DNA from: an uncultured virus (IMG/VR IMGVR_UViG_646564563_000001)
Taxonomy: Duplodnaviria > Heunggongvirae > Uroviricota > Caudoviricetes
IMG/VR virus record: IMGVR_UViG_646564563_000001
Reading direction: 5' to 3' (one strand)
DNA length: 64,000 nucleotides
The notes under the pieces are model-generated. The model was not told the origin of the DNA. It ran no database searches and saw only the letters and a list, made by a program, of their open reading frames with translations. Below are positions 46,521-56,628 of the stretch, one piece after another (positions within the stretch are counted from its first letter, which is position 1; the number at the start of each line of letters is the position of its first letter). The position numbers and the translations under genes were made by a program.

Positions 46521-47847
46521 TCTCGACGCGCAGCATGCGGTATCCGGTGCCGCCGCTGTCCGCAGCACCGACGCGGACCTTTTTGGCAACAGTGACGCCA
46601 CCGATCTGCGTCAGCAGCGTGGCCGAAGTTTGGTTGTCGCCTTTGGGCGAGGTGAAACTCGCGATGATCATCCCCGCCGCGATCAGACCCCAATAGTCAT
46701 CTGTCGCCACCAGGCGCCCGCCGAGGCCCGGATCGCATTCGAGCTGCGCAACCTTCTCCGCCACCCGCGCAACGAGTTTCGCTCGGGCCGTCGGGTCAGT
46801 ACTCTTGTTGCGCACCGCAAAGATCAGCTGTCCAACCAGATCCTTCGCAAAACTGCCAAAATAACCGGGATCCGGCAGGTCATCACCGAAGATGAAATTC
46901 CCGGTGTCGTCCCAGTCGTATTGCCACCCTGCACCACTCCACCCACCGCCGTTTGCGAAGGCGTCCCAGGCCAGTTTCGACGCCTCCCAGTACCCCGCGC
47001 CGGTCATGTGGATGTAGTTGTCTGCCGAATCCCAGAAATACTGCGGCAGCAGGCTGGTCGGCACAAAACGCCGTCGGGCCGCATCCATGGCCACGGTACG
47101 CCGGATCGCCTTGTTCATGATGGCAGCCAGGTTCGTGTCCCAAAACCGCGACAACCCGGAACAGATCACCGGCGTTGTTTCGCCGAACCAGCTCAACGCC
47201 CGAAAGCGCGTGATCAGCGCATCGAGCAGCCCCGGATACGCCGCCGCATTGCTCGCATCGGCCTCTCCTTGCCACCAGAACGCCGCATCGACGCGGTCCA
47301 CGGTCTTGCCGGTCAGCGCAGCGATCTCGGTCAGCGCAGCCGGGACGTTGGCAACGGTCGCAGCCCACATGTTCGGGTCAGGAGAGCTGGCGTCCCAGCG
47401 CGCAATCGGGACCCCGCCGCGCGAGATATTGATGACAAACACAGGGCGCGTCGGGTTTTCGATCGCCGCCCGCGCGCCGACGAACATCCCCCAGTTGGCC
47501 TGCCCCGCAATGGCCGCCCCGGTCTGGAACGTGCCGATCGTCGTGGTCGCCGCGCTGGCCGTCAGCGCGGTGCCGGAATAGGACCACATATACAGGTTCG
47601 GCGGTGGGTCGAACGAAGCATAGGACGCCCGGCGCGCGGCATTGCTTTGGCCAGCGACGAAAAGCACCAGCGGCTCACCGGTCAGCGCCGCGTCAAGATC
47701 GTCGAGCCTGTCGGCCAAGGCGCCGGTGCCCGCCAGTTGCGCCGCCAGATCGTTGATCGACGTCTTGACCGTCGTGCCGTTGCGGTTGCCGAGGACACTG
47801 TCGAGCAGCGCCGCGGAAACCAGATTGGGGGAATTGACGCCAGACAT
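46516..47847 (-). CDS. Virion-associated SGNH/SASA (sialate O-acetylesterase-like) protein
   Basis: AGQSNA, RGG, WWQGEAD, DNYIH motifs; follows the tail tip gene. Confidence 0.82.
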   Translation of the reverse strand: MSGVNSPNLVSAALLDSVLGNRNGTTVKTSINDLAAQLAGTGALADRLDDLDAALTGEPLVLFVAGQSNAARRASYASFDPPPNLYMWSYSGTALTASAATTTIGTFQTGAAIAGQANWGMFVGARAAIENPTRPVFVINISRGGVPIARWDASSPDPNMWAATVANVPAALTEIAALTGKTVDRVDAAFWWQGEADASNAAAYPGLLDALITRFRALSWFGETTPVICSGLSRFWDTNLAAIMNKAIRRTVAMDAARRRFVPTSLLPQYFWDSADNYIHMTGAGYWEASKLAWDAFANGGGWSGAGWQYDWDDTGNFIFGDDLPDPGYFGSFAKDLVGQLIFAVRNKSTDPTARAKLVARVAEKVAQLECDPGLGGRLVATDDYWGLIAAGMIIASFTSPKGDNQTSATLLTQIGGVTVAKKVRVGAADSGGTGYRMLRVEN

Positions 47848-47873
47848 GCGCGCTCCTCGTGTGATGATGATGG

Positions 47874-50800
47874 TCAGGTTACGATGATGGTGAAGGGGCC
47901 TGCAACCGGGCCGGGAACGCCTGCGGCGTTCTGCGGCTCGATCCAGATGTGATGTGTGCCTTGAGCCAGACAGGCATCGGTTTCGAGATAGGCGCGGATG
48001 TTGTCGATCGTGGCGATCGTGCTCGCCTCGGCCCGGATGCCGATGCCGGTGCCACCGCTGACCGCCTGGATGCGATCGAACACAGCGCCTGCGGCTGAGA
48101 CCGCCGTACCCGAGCGGATCGTGCTGCCGGTCAACCGCGCTTGCACAGTCGATCCGGAGACCGCGATGACATCATAGCTCACTCGGTAATACTTGCCGGA
48201 CGTCAGCGCGACAGTCTGAGAGAGCGTGCTGGCCGTGCCCGCAGCGTGCGTCGCAACCCCGCCAGAGATCGTCCACCCGGCGTCCAATGTCCAGGAGCCC
48301 ACCGCCTCCAGCCCGCCGCCCACGATCAGGTCGGTGCGGGTCGTGTCGCCGAGCGTCGTCGCATAGGACTGCCCGGGCTCGACCGCGATCGGCGCCCCCA
48401 CGGCATCGGTCTCGCGGTCCAGCAGACTGGTGATCGAGCGGTAGATCTGCACCCGTGCCGTCGCCGTGTCATCGCCGGTGGCGAACTGGATCAGCGCCCC
48501 GCCCAGCAGCGTCGTGATCGAGATCGAGGACGCATCGAGCGCGGCGGGCAAGGCCGCGTCGGCCGACCCGACCACGATCGTGATCGTCGCAGACCATGGC
48601 CCCGCGACGCCCGTCGCCCCGATGCCGCGGGCACGCAGATCGACCGACTGCCCGGGCGTGTAGCTGTCGATCGTGCCGCCGCCATTGGCCACCGGGATCG
48701 TGGTGCTGCTCCAGCTCTCGGCGCCGGATATCCGGTGATCCAGACCGATCTCGATCGTCGGCACCGACCCGGTGCCGGGGGCGACCGCATAGCTGATCCT
48801 GTTGGCCAGACCCGTCGCGGCGAGGCCCGAGGTCAGCGCCACAAACCGCGGGGCCGAGGGCTGCAGCAGGTTGTCGTCGATCTCGGCCCCGACGCGGCTC
48901 GACCAGGCGGGGATCGGCGTGGCCGCCAGGATCGTGTCGATCTGCGGCGCGGCATCGACGGTGCGCACGATCGCGCACATGTCCTGCGTCGCCTCGATCC
49001 GCGTCACGATCTGGGTGTAGCTCTCGACGCGGGCCGGGCCGACGTGCACGAGATCACCGACGATCGGCATCGGACCGGAGCCGGTCAGCGTCAGGATCTG
49101 CGTCTCGCCCGGCAGGGTCCTGACGGGTCGCACGACCGAGATGCCCACCGTGTCATCCTCGGCCTCAAAGAAGCGGAACCGCACGGCATAGGTCTCGCCC
49201 GCGGCCATCGAGACGACGTCATCGATCTCGACCGCCGCGCCATCCACCGACTTGACCCGGGCGGCAAGCTGCACGCGGTTGAGCACGTCATGGCTGAGCG
49301 CGATGGCGTCGCCCCGAGTGGCGGTGCGCACGGCGCCGTCCTGGGTGACCTCGTAGGTGTCGGGGCGATGGAGCACCTCCAGCTGGCGCCGCCGCGCCTC
49401 GCGCCAGACCTCGGCCGCATGCACCTTGCCGGGCAGAGCCAACTGCTCGGTCATGGTGATCTCTCCCGTGTAGCCGGGCCAGCGGACGACGCGCTCGGTC
49501 TCCTTGAAGTCGTTGCCCGCGTCCTTGAACTTGACCACGAAGGCATGCGGCGGATTGCGATAGGCGCGGCTCCACTTGAACCCCCACGAATTGCGCGGGT
49601 TGATGTGATCGACGATCAGCGTGTTGACGAGCGGCCGATCGATGACGACGCCCCAGCGGATGCCGTCATGGCGCGGCGTCGCCCGGCCCGCGGCCGCGAT
49701 CTCGGTCAGCACATCGCGCAGGGTGGTGCCCTGATCCTCCAGCACCGCGTTATAGGTCAGCCCCTCGGCCGCGCACCATTCTGCCCAGTCGGCGAGCAGG
49801 TCGAGATCGAGGCCGGAATCGGCCACCGCCTTGGGGTTGGACGCGTGAGTCAGCACCTCCAGATAGGCGGCGGCCGGGTTTTCCGAGGCGCGACGCACCC
49901 AGACCCCGGAGGCGGCATCCCAGTCGCGGCAGATCCGGCTCACCAGGCAGTTGAAATTGTCGATCGAGCCGCTGATCTGATGCGTCGCCTTGATCCGCAG
50001 CGCCACCAGCGCCAGCGGCCGCGGATAGGCCAGCGGATATTCCGGCCGGATCGTCTGCAGCGCGGCCCAGGTGGTGCGCTGGGAAATCTTGCTGTCGGTG
50101 GCCTCATCCTGCAGCATCGTCAGGCGGACCTGCCAGCGACCACGGCTGGGAAAGCTCCAGCTGTGCTGGCGGAAAAACGACTCGGCCTTGGTGGTGACGA
50201 TATCGAGCTGCGTCACCAGCTGCCATTCCTCGGCCTCGATCAACCGCTGCTCGATCCTGATCGAGACGCCGTGCGGTTGCCGCTTGCCGTCGTCGTCGTA
50301 TTTGAACAGCCCGCCGGTCCAGGCGAGGATGATGCTGGCGCCCGCGGCATCCGGGCCGGTGGTGCGCACGACGGGCGTGGCCGTGGTCGGCGCGTTGACC
50401 ATCCGGGTCGCGGTATAGGTCTCCCAAATCCAGCCGCCGTCGCCGTCCGAGACCCGCCTCCGGGCCTCATATTCCTCGGATACCTGCGTGATATTGCCCG
50501 CGTCGTCCCTCGGATACGGCCGGGTCAGCTCGACGCCGATCTGCTCCTCGACCACTTGGCGCGGATAGAGGCTGAGCGGCAGTTCCCCTGCAACGCCATA
50601 GCGGATCTCGGTCTCGACCTCGTCATATTCGGAGAGCGAAGTTTCGCCGAGCCGCATGCCGTCGATCGCCACCTCGCCCTCGCCAAGGCAAAAGACCGCG
50701 CGCATATATTGCTGATCGCCGACAATCTCGGTGTAGGGCGTGGCGGCAAAGGGCGGGGCATAGCGCATCGTGCCCAGCACCACCGGCACCGCGGCGCCCG

Positions 50801-51302
50801 GCTCCAACCGATTGCGCCAGCCGCTGATCGCATAGGTGGTCTTGGCCTCGCTGTCGGGTTTGACGGGCGGGATCAGAGCGTTGATCAGCAGCTGGCCGAC
50901 AATCGTGAAGCCCGCGACCGCCAACCCCCATTGCCAGCTCCCGACCGCAAATCCGGGGAACAGAAACCCGGTGAGCGCGACGGCCGCGACCGAAACGATG
51001 ATCGACAGGATTGACCTGAGGGCGCCTTTGCCGGGCGTGATCCGGATCACCACGCGCACCCCCGGCCGCGGCCGGGCCAGCGCCCAGAGCTCGCGCGGCA
51101 CGATCTGCGTGCCCCGCTCGGTCACCAGCGCCACCCGGGCGCGGGCCAGATCAGCCTCGGTGGCCGCAGGCAGCGCCCGGGCGACGATCTCGGCCAGGGT
51201 CAGCCCATGCGGCACATCAAGCGTGATCCGCCCGCGGCCGGGATCGAACTGCGGGGCCGCCAGCACATGGATGGGGGCGGAAACGGGGCGCAGATCCCTC
51301 AT
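47874..51302 (-). CDS. Tail tip / host-specificity protein (TipJ-like)
   Basis: VPVVLGTMRYAPP, ALRIKATHQISG, NPAAAY, INPRNSW. Confidence 0.88.
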   Translation of the reverse strand: MRDLRPVSAPIHVLAAPQFDPGRGRITLDVPHGLTLAEIVARALPAATEADLARARVALVTERGTQIVPRELWALARPRPGVRVVIRITPGKGALRSILSIIVSVAAVALTGFLFPGFAVGSWQWGLAVAGFTIVGQLLINALIPPVKPDSEAKTTYAISGWRNRLEPGAAVPVVLGTMRYAPPFAATPYTEIVGDQQYMRAVFCLGEGEVAIDGMRLGETSLSEYDEVETEIRYGVAGELPLSLYPRQVVEEQIGVELTRPYPRDDAGNITQVSEEYEARRRVSDGDGGWIWETYTATRMVNAPTTATPVVRTTGPDAAGASIILAWTGGLFKYDDDGKRQPHGVSIRIEQRLIEAEEWQLVTQLDIVTTKAESFFRQHSWSFPSRGRWQVRLTMLQDEATDSKISQRTTWAALQTIRPEYPLAYPRPLALVALRIKATHQISGSIDNFNCLVSRICRDWDAASGVWVRRASENPAAAYLEVLTHASNPKAVADSGLDLDLLADWAEWCAAEGLTYNAVLEDQGTTLRDVLTEIAAAGRATPRHDGIRWGVVIDRPLVNTLIVDHINPRNSWGFKWSRAYRNPPHAFVVKFKDAGNDFKETERVVRWPGYTGEITMTEQLALPGKVHAAEVWREARRRQLEVLHRPDTYEVTQDGAVRTATRGDAIALSHDVLNRVQLAARVKSVDGAAVEIDDVVSMAAGETYAVRFRFFEAEDDTVGISVVRPVRTLPGETQILTLTGSGPMPIVGDLVHVGPARVESYTQIVTRIEATQDMCAIVRTVDAAPQIDTILAATPIPAWSSRVGAEIDDNLLQPSAPRFVALTSGLAATGLANRISYAVAPGTGSVPTIEIGLDHRISGAESWSSTTIPVANGGGTIDSYTPGQSVDLRARGIGATGVAGPWSATITIVVGSADAALPAALDASSISITTLLGGALIQFATGDDTATARVQIYRSITSLLDRETDAVGAPIAVEPGQSYATTLGDTTRTDLIVGGGLEAVGSWTLDAGWTISGGVATHAAGTASTLSQTVALTSGKYYRVSYDVIAVSGSTVQARLTGSTIRSGTAVSAAGAVFDRIQAVSGGTGIGIRAEASTIATIDNIRAYLETDACLAQGTHHIWIEPQNAAGVPGPVAGPFTIIVT

Positions 51303-51739
51303 CTTGCGGCCTCCGAAATGATCTGCACGTGGCGTTCAAAGGGGCTTTGAACGTGCCGCCAATGCCCCGTGAACCGGTGCGCCCAGGGGCCGCGCCGATA
51401 GTCCTCCAGCACCGCATGGGTCTGGCCGATGTGGATCATCAGCCCGTGGCGAATGACGATGCCCAGATGCGTCGAGAGCCGACCGCGCCGGAAAACCGCA
51501 AGATCGAAGGCGAGCGCCGGGCCGGTCACCGGCACCCAGAGCGGCGAGGTCTTTGCACCCTCGATCAGCGCGGCGATTTCGCCATGCTCCTCGACCGAGC
51601 CATAGCCCAGGTACTCGGGCAGCGTGATCCCCAGCTCCTCGCGGTAAATCACGCAAGCGAGGCCCCAGCAGTCAGCTCCCTCGGCCGAGCGGCCGTGATC
51701 GAGGTGCGGAATGCCGACGTAGCGGTTTGACCAGGACAT
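51299..51739 (-). CDS. NlpC/P60 (C40) tail peptidase
   Basis: YVGIP...GR...GADCWGL, HLGI, MIH. Confidence 0.9.
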   Translation of the reverse strand: MSWSNRYVGIPHLDHGRSAEGADCWGLACVIYREELGITLPEYLGYGSVEEHGEIAALIEGAKTSPLWVPVTGPALAFDLAVFRRGRLSTHLGIVIRHGLMIHIGQTHAVLEDYRRGPWAHRFTGHWRHVQSPFERHVQIISEAAR

Positions 51740-51741
51740 GC

Positions 51742-52269
51742 TTACCTCCACAGCCCGGGGAATTTCTGACGGGTCATCCGCCCGGCCGGGAAATGCTCCA
51801 GCTCGATCTCGTCGCGCGAGAGCGAGAGCGTGATCTCGGCCGAGGTGCCGTCGGCGGTGCTGAGCAGCATCCCGTGCCACTCAGATTCGATCAGGTTCGG
51901 CGTCGCGGCCTCGACCACAGCGACCGCGACGGTCGCCAGATCGGTGTAAGACCGCAGCACCTCGGTCAGCTGCGCGTCGAGATTTTCGAGAACGATCTGA
52001 GCCTGCGCCGGGGCGTCCTCGGCATCGTCAGGAAGAACGGCCGAGGCGATGATCCAGAGGTAAGGGTCAGTGGCAGGGTCAGCCCCGCGCCAGGTGGACC
52101 GCGTGCCGTAGATCCGCGGCTCGTCCGAGATCCGCTCGGTGTTGTCGGTGCTGAGCCGGATCGGCGCTGCCAGCTCGGGGTGGGTGATCTCGATCAGCAC
52201 CACATCGATCTCGGCCGAGACCGGGTCGATCTGCGCCTGACGCGCGTTGAGAGAGACACGACGGCTCAT
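51742..52269 (-). CDS. DUF1833-like minor tail protein
   Basis: LIEITHPEL..PIRL, LPDD, LEN, FPGLW; start at MSRRV. Confidence 0.78.
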   Translation of the reverse strand: MSRRVSLNARQAQIDPVSAEIDVVLIEITHPELAAPIRLSTDNTERISDEPRIYGTRSTWRGADPATDPYLWIIASAVLPDDAEDAPAQAQIVLENLDAQLTEVLRSYTDLATVAVAVVEAATPNLIESEWHGMLLSTADGTSAEITLSLSRDEIELEHFPAGRMTRQKFPGLWR

Positions 52270-52688
52270 GGCATCACCACCACTTGGAACTGCTTGCGGA
52301 ACTCGATGCCCTGGATCGTCTCGATCGGCGGCGTGTCGCCCCAGGCGCAGAGCCACCGCGACGCGAGCAGGATCGGCGTGCCGTCATGGGTCAGCAGCGG
52401 CTGCCCGTCATGGGTCAGGAGCGGCTGCCCGTCGCGGGTCGCGTCCGGCATCCAGAACAGCGCCGCGCCCTGGGCGCAGTCATCGCCGTAGAAATTGTCG
52501 AACACCGCCCGCTGATTGGCCGTCAGGATCAGCGAGAGGGAGACCAGTTTCGCCACCGCCGAAAACCGGCGCCGATAGCCGGGCGGCCCGGCCTCGAATC
52601 CGCGCTTGCGGCGCGCATCCTGCGGCTGCAGCTGATAGCTGGAGCGCTCGGGCCGGGGCAGATCGCTGGGCCAGACGGGATAGCTCAT
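52266..52688 (-). CDS. Distal tail protein
   Basis: WPSDLPRP, EAGPP..RRRFS, F.MPD; follows the TMP. Confidence 0.75.
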   Translation of the reverse strand: MSYPVWPSDLPRPERSSYQLQPQDARRKRGFEAGPPGYRRRFSAVAKLVSLSLILTANQRAVFDNFYGDDCAQGAALFWMPDATRDGQPLLTHDGQPLLTHDGTPILLASRWLCAWGDTPPIETIQGIEFRKQFQVVVMP

Positions 52689-55600
52689 CGCGCGATCCCC
52701 GTCGGTGTGACGCCGTAAAACTCGCGCATCGCGCGCCGCCCGCGCCCGCCGGGCGTGATCAGGCCATCGCCCACGGCGTCGGAGAGGACATAGCGCGGCT
52801 GGCGCTGGCCGCGGCTGTCGGTCACTTCCTGCACCTCGATATCGACCTGGCGCGAGCTGTTGTTGATGATCTGCGGTTGCAACATGACCACCGGCGCCTG
52901 GGCCGAATTGGCCGGAGCGCCGCCACTCAGGATGCGACGGGTCAGATCGGCCGGGACGATCGTGCTCGGCCCGGTGTATTCGAGCTCGGGTCCGTTTTCG
53001 CCCACAATACGCAGCCCGCCACCATGCTGCCCGCCGCCCGCAAAGCCGGGGATGCCGAGCCCGCTCATGACCGACGAAAACAGCGTGCCCCAGAAGCCGC
53101 CGCCCCCACCGCCCTGCACGGCACTGCCGAGCGCCTGGCCGAACTTGTCGAACCCCGTGCCCATCGTCCCGAGTTGCCCGGTGGCGAGCGTCGTCGTCGT
53201 GCCGAACTTCGCCATCGCCTGTTCGGCCGCGCCGAGCCGGTTTGCCCAGCTTTTCTGCATCGCCTCATCGGACGGGCGCTCAAACTGACGCATCCAAGCA
53301 TTGGTCGCGCTCGACACATCCGGCGCCGCCTTGAGCGCGGCCAGAGCGCCAGAATGGGTCGTGTTCAGCTCGCGCCAGGCGTAATCGAGCTGGCCCTGCA
53401 CGTTGCCAAGGTTCTGGCGCCCACCCAAAGCAGCCAGCAGACCATCAGCGCGCGGACCGTGGTGCTGGAACAGCCCGAAGCTGGTCGGCACGCCATTCTT
53501 GTCGTCCCCGCCTGCAAGCGGGTTGAAGCTGCTTTCACCTTGCACGTTACCCATGATCGCGGCCACCTGATGCGGCTTCAGGCCCTTGGAGCTGAAGAAG
53601 CTCCAGACCTGTTTTTGTACATCGGCCGAGCCCTGCAGCCCGCCCATCCCGCCGCCCGCGCTGATGCCGCCCGCCAGCCCGCCCACGCCCGCGCCGCCGA
53701 TGATCACCGTGGCGGCGGTGACGTTCATGCTGGCTACGGTACGCATCGCCGCTGCGGCGGCTTGGCTTGGATCAACCTGGGGACCCTTGCCGGTGAAGCG
53801 ATCCCAGATGCCCTGCAGCCCGCCGACATCGCCCATCGTCGCGTAGTCGGTGCCGAAGATCGCATTCTTGAGCGGGTTGGTGATCGCCAGCTCTTCAAAC
53901 ATAGAGCCGAGTTCGGAGGCGAGGTTTTCGAAGGCGCCACCAAGATCACCTTCCTTCAGCGCGTCAAAGATCCCGTCGATCGCGTTTTCGCCAGCCTTCT
54001 GCACCGTGTCCCAGGCATCGGCGACGCGATCGAGCTGCGCCTGCAGATCGCTCGACAGATCTGCTTGCTGCAGGATCTGCCGTGCGCGGTCGCTATCGCG
54101 ATCGATCCCCGCGGTCCGGATATCCATCTCGGCCTGATAAATCGCCAGCACCCGGCGCCGCACGGTCTCGCTCTGGCCGACAAGGCTCAGCTCCAGCTGC
54201 AGCTGACCCACGGTCTGCGCCTGGGAGCGATAAAGCTCGCGTCCCGCCGCCACGAGGCCAAAGGGATCGGCACTGGACAAGCCCTTGCTCGATTCCCAGA
54301 GGTCGCGCAGCTGCTGCTTGTGGGCCTCGGTCAGCTGCGTCATGTCCCGCAGCTTCGCCTCGAAATCCTGACGCTCTGCCTCGATCTGCAGGCGCTTCAC
54401 TTCGAGGCTGTCCGCGCCATATTGCGCGGTGGCCTCGGCGATTTTCTTCGTCATCTCCAGATCGTCGGACAAGTCGTAAGGCGCGCGCGTGTCTTTCAGC
54501 GCCTTCATCACATCGCCGGTGAGGTCTTTGAGCTCTTTGGCCTTTTCTGCCGCCGTCTTGTACGGTGCGCCGATGTCAGCCTTCGAAACAGACTTCAACA
54601 GCGCGTCAATCTGCTCACTCGTGCCCTTAACGCGCAGCGCCTCCAGCGCGACTTTAGCGACGTTTGCGCCGAACGTCAGAGCCGCCTCGGAAGCGCCGTC
54701 AGCGTTGTACTGAGCTTTTTTAATAGCTTTTGCGATCTCTTGTGCTGCAGCGGCCCTCTCCGCATCGGTGCTCGCAAACTGGTATTTTTGAATCGCAGCC
54801 CCAACCTGAGCGGCACCATAGCTGGTCAGGTTGAATTGTTTCTCGAGCGTCCGTAGATCAACGACCCCCCACGACGCCATGTCGTCAATGGTGTCGGAAA
54901 TAGACCCGATTGCATCTTTCAAGTCCTTTGCGGCTTGCATCTGCGCGATGCCAAGCATCGCGAGGTTCATTTCGCGCGCTTTTTTTGCGCCGACACCGAA
55001 GTCCTCGCTCAGCTCGGAGGTGCCCTTCTTGGCCTCCTTCATCGCGCGATTAACGGCCGAAGTTGATTTCTCCAGATCGCCGAGCGTCTCATCGAGCGTC
55101 TGCGCTTTCTCGCCGGAGTCCATGAACCATTGCACGGCGGCCGTGCCGAAGCCGATCACTGCCATGGTGGCGAGCGACATCGGGTTGAGCATCCCCATGA
55201 AGGAGGCCCGCAGCGCAGTCCCGACACTCAGGCCGGAGGCGCGCAACCCGGCGAAGGTTTGCGTCACCTGTGTGCCCTGCTGCATCATCAGCATCATCGG
55301 GTTTTGGCCGGCCATCGCCATCATCGCGATGTCGTTCCACTGGTACATCAGGTTTGCCGAATAAGCTGCAGCGGCCCCTGACCCTGACCCGGCGGCCGGG
55401 GAAGCCGGAACCGGGTTCGGGACCGGCGGCACAACCGGGGGCGCAGGCGTCGGAACTGGGGGCGGAGTCGGAACCGGCGTGGGCAAAGGCGCGGTGAAGC
55501 TGTCGATCGACGTGGTCGCCTTGCGCAGCGCCTCGCGCGCGCGGGCCTCCGTCTCGGCCGCGGCGGCCGCTTCGCGCGACGCCTGGGCCGCATCGCGTTT

Positions 55601-55768
55601 GGCGGCCGCGTTTTGGATGGTGGCGGCGGTGTCCTGACCTGTCACGGCAGCCGCGCCTTGCGTCTCGGCGGCCAGCGCATCCGTTGCGGCCAGCACTTCC
55701 TTGGCAGCCGCCGTCGCGCTGGACGCGTTCCCGCGAAAGATCAGCTCATAGACGAAAGGCCCGCTCAT
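52685..55768 (-). CDS. Tape measure protein with embedded phage tail lysozyme domain
   Basis: QWNDIAMM..AGQNPM..MQQGTQV; AAIMGNVQGESSFNP..GLFQ..FERP. Confidence 0.9.
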   Translation of the reverse strand: MSGPFVYELIFRGNASSATAAAKEVLAATDALAAETQGAAAVTGQDTAATIQNAAAKRDAAQASREAAAAAETEARAREALRKATTSIDSFTAPLPTPVPTPPPVPTPAPPVVPPVPNPVPASPAAGSGSGAAAAYSANLMYQWNDIAMMAMAGQNPMMLMMQQGTQVTQTFAGLRASGLSVGTALRASFMGMLNPMSLATMAVIGFGTAAVQWFMDSGEKAQTLDETLGDLEKSTSAVNRAMKEAKKGTSELSEDFGVGAKKAREMNLAMLGIAQMQAAKDLKDAIGSISDTIDDMASWGVVDLRTLEKQFNLTSYGAAQVGAAIQKYQFASTDAERAAAAQEIAKAIKKAQYNADGASEAALTFGANVAKVALEALRVKGTSEQIDALLKSVSKADIGAPYKTAAEKAKELKDLTGDVMKALKDTRAPYDLSDDLEMTKKIAEATAQYGADSLEVKRLQIEAERQDFEAKLRDMTQLTEAHKQQLRDLWESSKGLSSADPFGLVAAGRELYRSQAQTVGQLQLELSLVGQSETVRRRVLAIYQAEMDIRTAGIDRDSDRARQILQQADLSSDLQAQLDRVADAWDTVQKAGENAIDGIFDALKEGDLGGAFENLASELGSMFEELAITNPLKNAIFGTDYATMGDVGGLQGIWDRFTGKGPQVDPSQAAAAAMRTVASMNVTAATVIIGGAGVGGLAGGISAGGGMGGLQGSADVQKQVWSFFSSKGLKPHQVAAIMGNVQGESSFNPLAGGDDKNGVPTSFGLFQHHGPRADGLLAALGGRQNLGNVQGQLDYAWRELNTTHSGALAALKAAPDVSSATNAWMRQFERPSDEAMQKSWANRLGAAEQAMAKFGTTTTLATGQLGTMGTGFDKFGQALGSAVQGGGGGGFWGTLFSSVMSGLGIPGFAGGGQHGGGLRIVGENGPELEYTGPSTIVPADLTRRILSGGAPANSAQAPVVMLQPQIINNSSRQVDIEVQEVTDSRGQRQPRYVLSDAVGDGLITPGGRGRRAMREFYGVTPTGIAR

Positions 55769-55769
55769 C

Positions 55770-55985
55770 TCATCTTCCCACGAAAGCGTCGATCGCAGCC
55801 CGCTCCATCAGCTGCAGATCCGCAAAATCCACGTCGTCGTATCCACCCCGCCGCAGCGCGACATCGACACCGGAATAGTCGAGGCCCAACCACAGCGCGC
55901 CGTGCACCTCGGTCACCCGCCACTGGGTCTGGATGTCGAAAAAGGCCGCGACCGTCCGCGCGTGGCACTGCCAGATCTCGATCAC
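55770..55985 (-). CDS. DUF1799 tail chaperone T segment
   Basis: TQWR...GLDY...LQLMERAA. Confidence 0.85.
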   Translation of the reverse strand: MIEIWQCHARTVAAFFDIQTQWRVTEVHGALWLGLDYSGVDVALRRGGYDDVDFADLQLMERAAIDAFVGR

Positions 55986-56118
55986 ATCCTCGGTGACGGG
56001 GGCTCGATCTCGGCCCCCATCGCAGCAAACTGCGCGGCGATGTCGGGTGTTGCCACGACAGGTCGGCTTGGATCGACCCGGCCCAGCCGCGCGCAGATCC
56101 AGGCGCGCGCGACGGCCG

Positions 56119-56496
56119 TCAGTTTCCCCGCTTCGCCTCCTGGCCGAAGTTGGCCTCGGCGAGTGCGGTCATGATCCCGGCCCGCCCCCAAGGCAGACCG
56201 ACCAAGCCATCGAGACGCTCGGCCGAGAACGGCACATCGGCGCCCCGCTCATCGACGATGCCCCGCCAGGAGCGGCAGCACATCCGCATCTGCTCCTTGT
56301 CGGCCTCGATGCGCTCGCGATCCGTCGTCGCGGCGGCATGCCGTTCCTGGCACGCCAGCAGGACTTCGCGCGGTTGCGCCTCGAACTGCATCTCGAAGCT
56401 CTGCTCGACGAACGTGCCAGCATTGTCCGGATCGGGCACACGCACCGTCACCGGCCACCAGTAGAGATGCTTGTCGGTCATCACGAATTTCGTCAT
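56119..56496 (-). CDS. Tail assembly chaperone G
   Basis: YWWPVTV.VPD, W.GI.D..G..VPFS; ends GN* on slippery GGGAAAC. Confidence 0.82.
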   Translation of the reverse strand: MTKFVMTDKHLYWWPVTVRVPDPDNAGTFVEQSFEMQFEAQPREVLLACQERHAAATTDRERIEADKEQMRMCCRSWRGIVDERGADVPFSAERLDGLVGLPWGRAGIMTALAEANFGQEAKRGN

Positions 56497-56510
56497 GGTC
56501 TGATCCTGTC

Positions 56511-56627
56511 TCAGATGATGTTCTTGCGGCCCGCAATCCCGAGAAGGCGGAACGCTTCTTCGCGAACCTCTTCGCCGACCAGCAAAAAGCCGACGCGAAT
56601 GAGGAAACAGCCGAGGCGGTGGCGCAT
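56511..56627 (-). CDS. Possible 38-aa small protein
   Basis: MRHRLGCFLIRVGFLLVGEEVREEAFRLLGIAGRKNII fills the gap between tube and chaperone genes. Confidence 0.4.
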   Translation of the reverse strand: MRHRLGCFLIRVGFLLVGEEVREEAFRLLGIAGRKNII

Positions 56628-56628
56628 G

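Noticed and set aside
45118..51302. Gin-type invertible tail-fibre cassette, mom gene or DGR
   Set aside because: No invertase, acetyltransferase, RT or TR/VR pair seen
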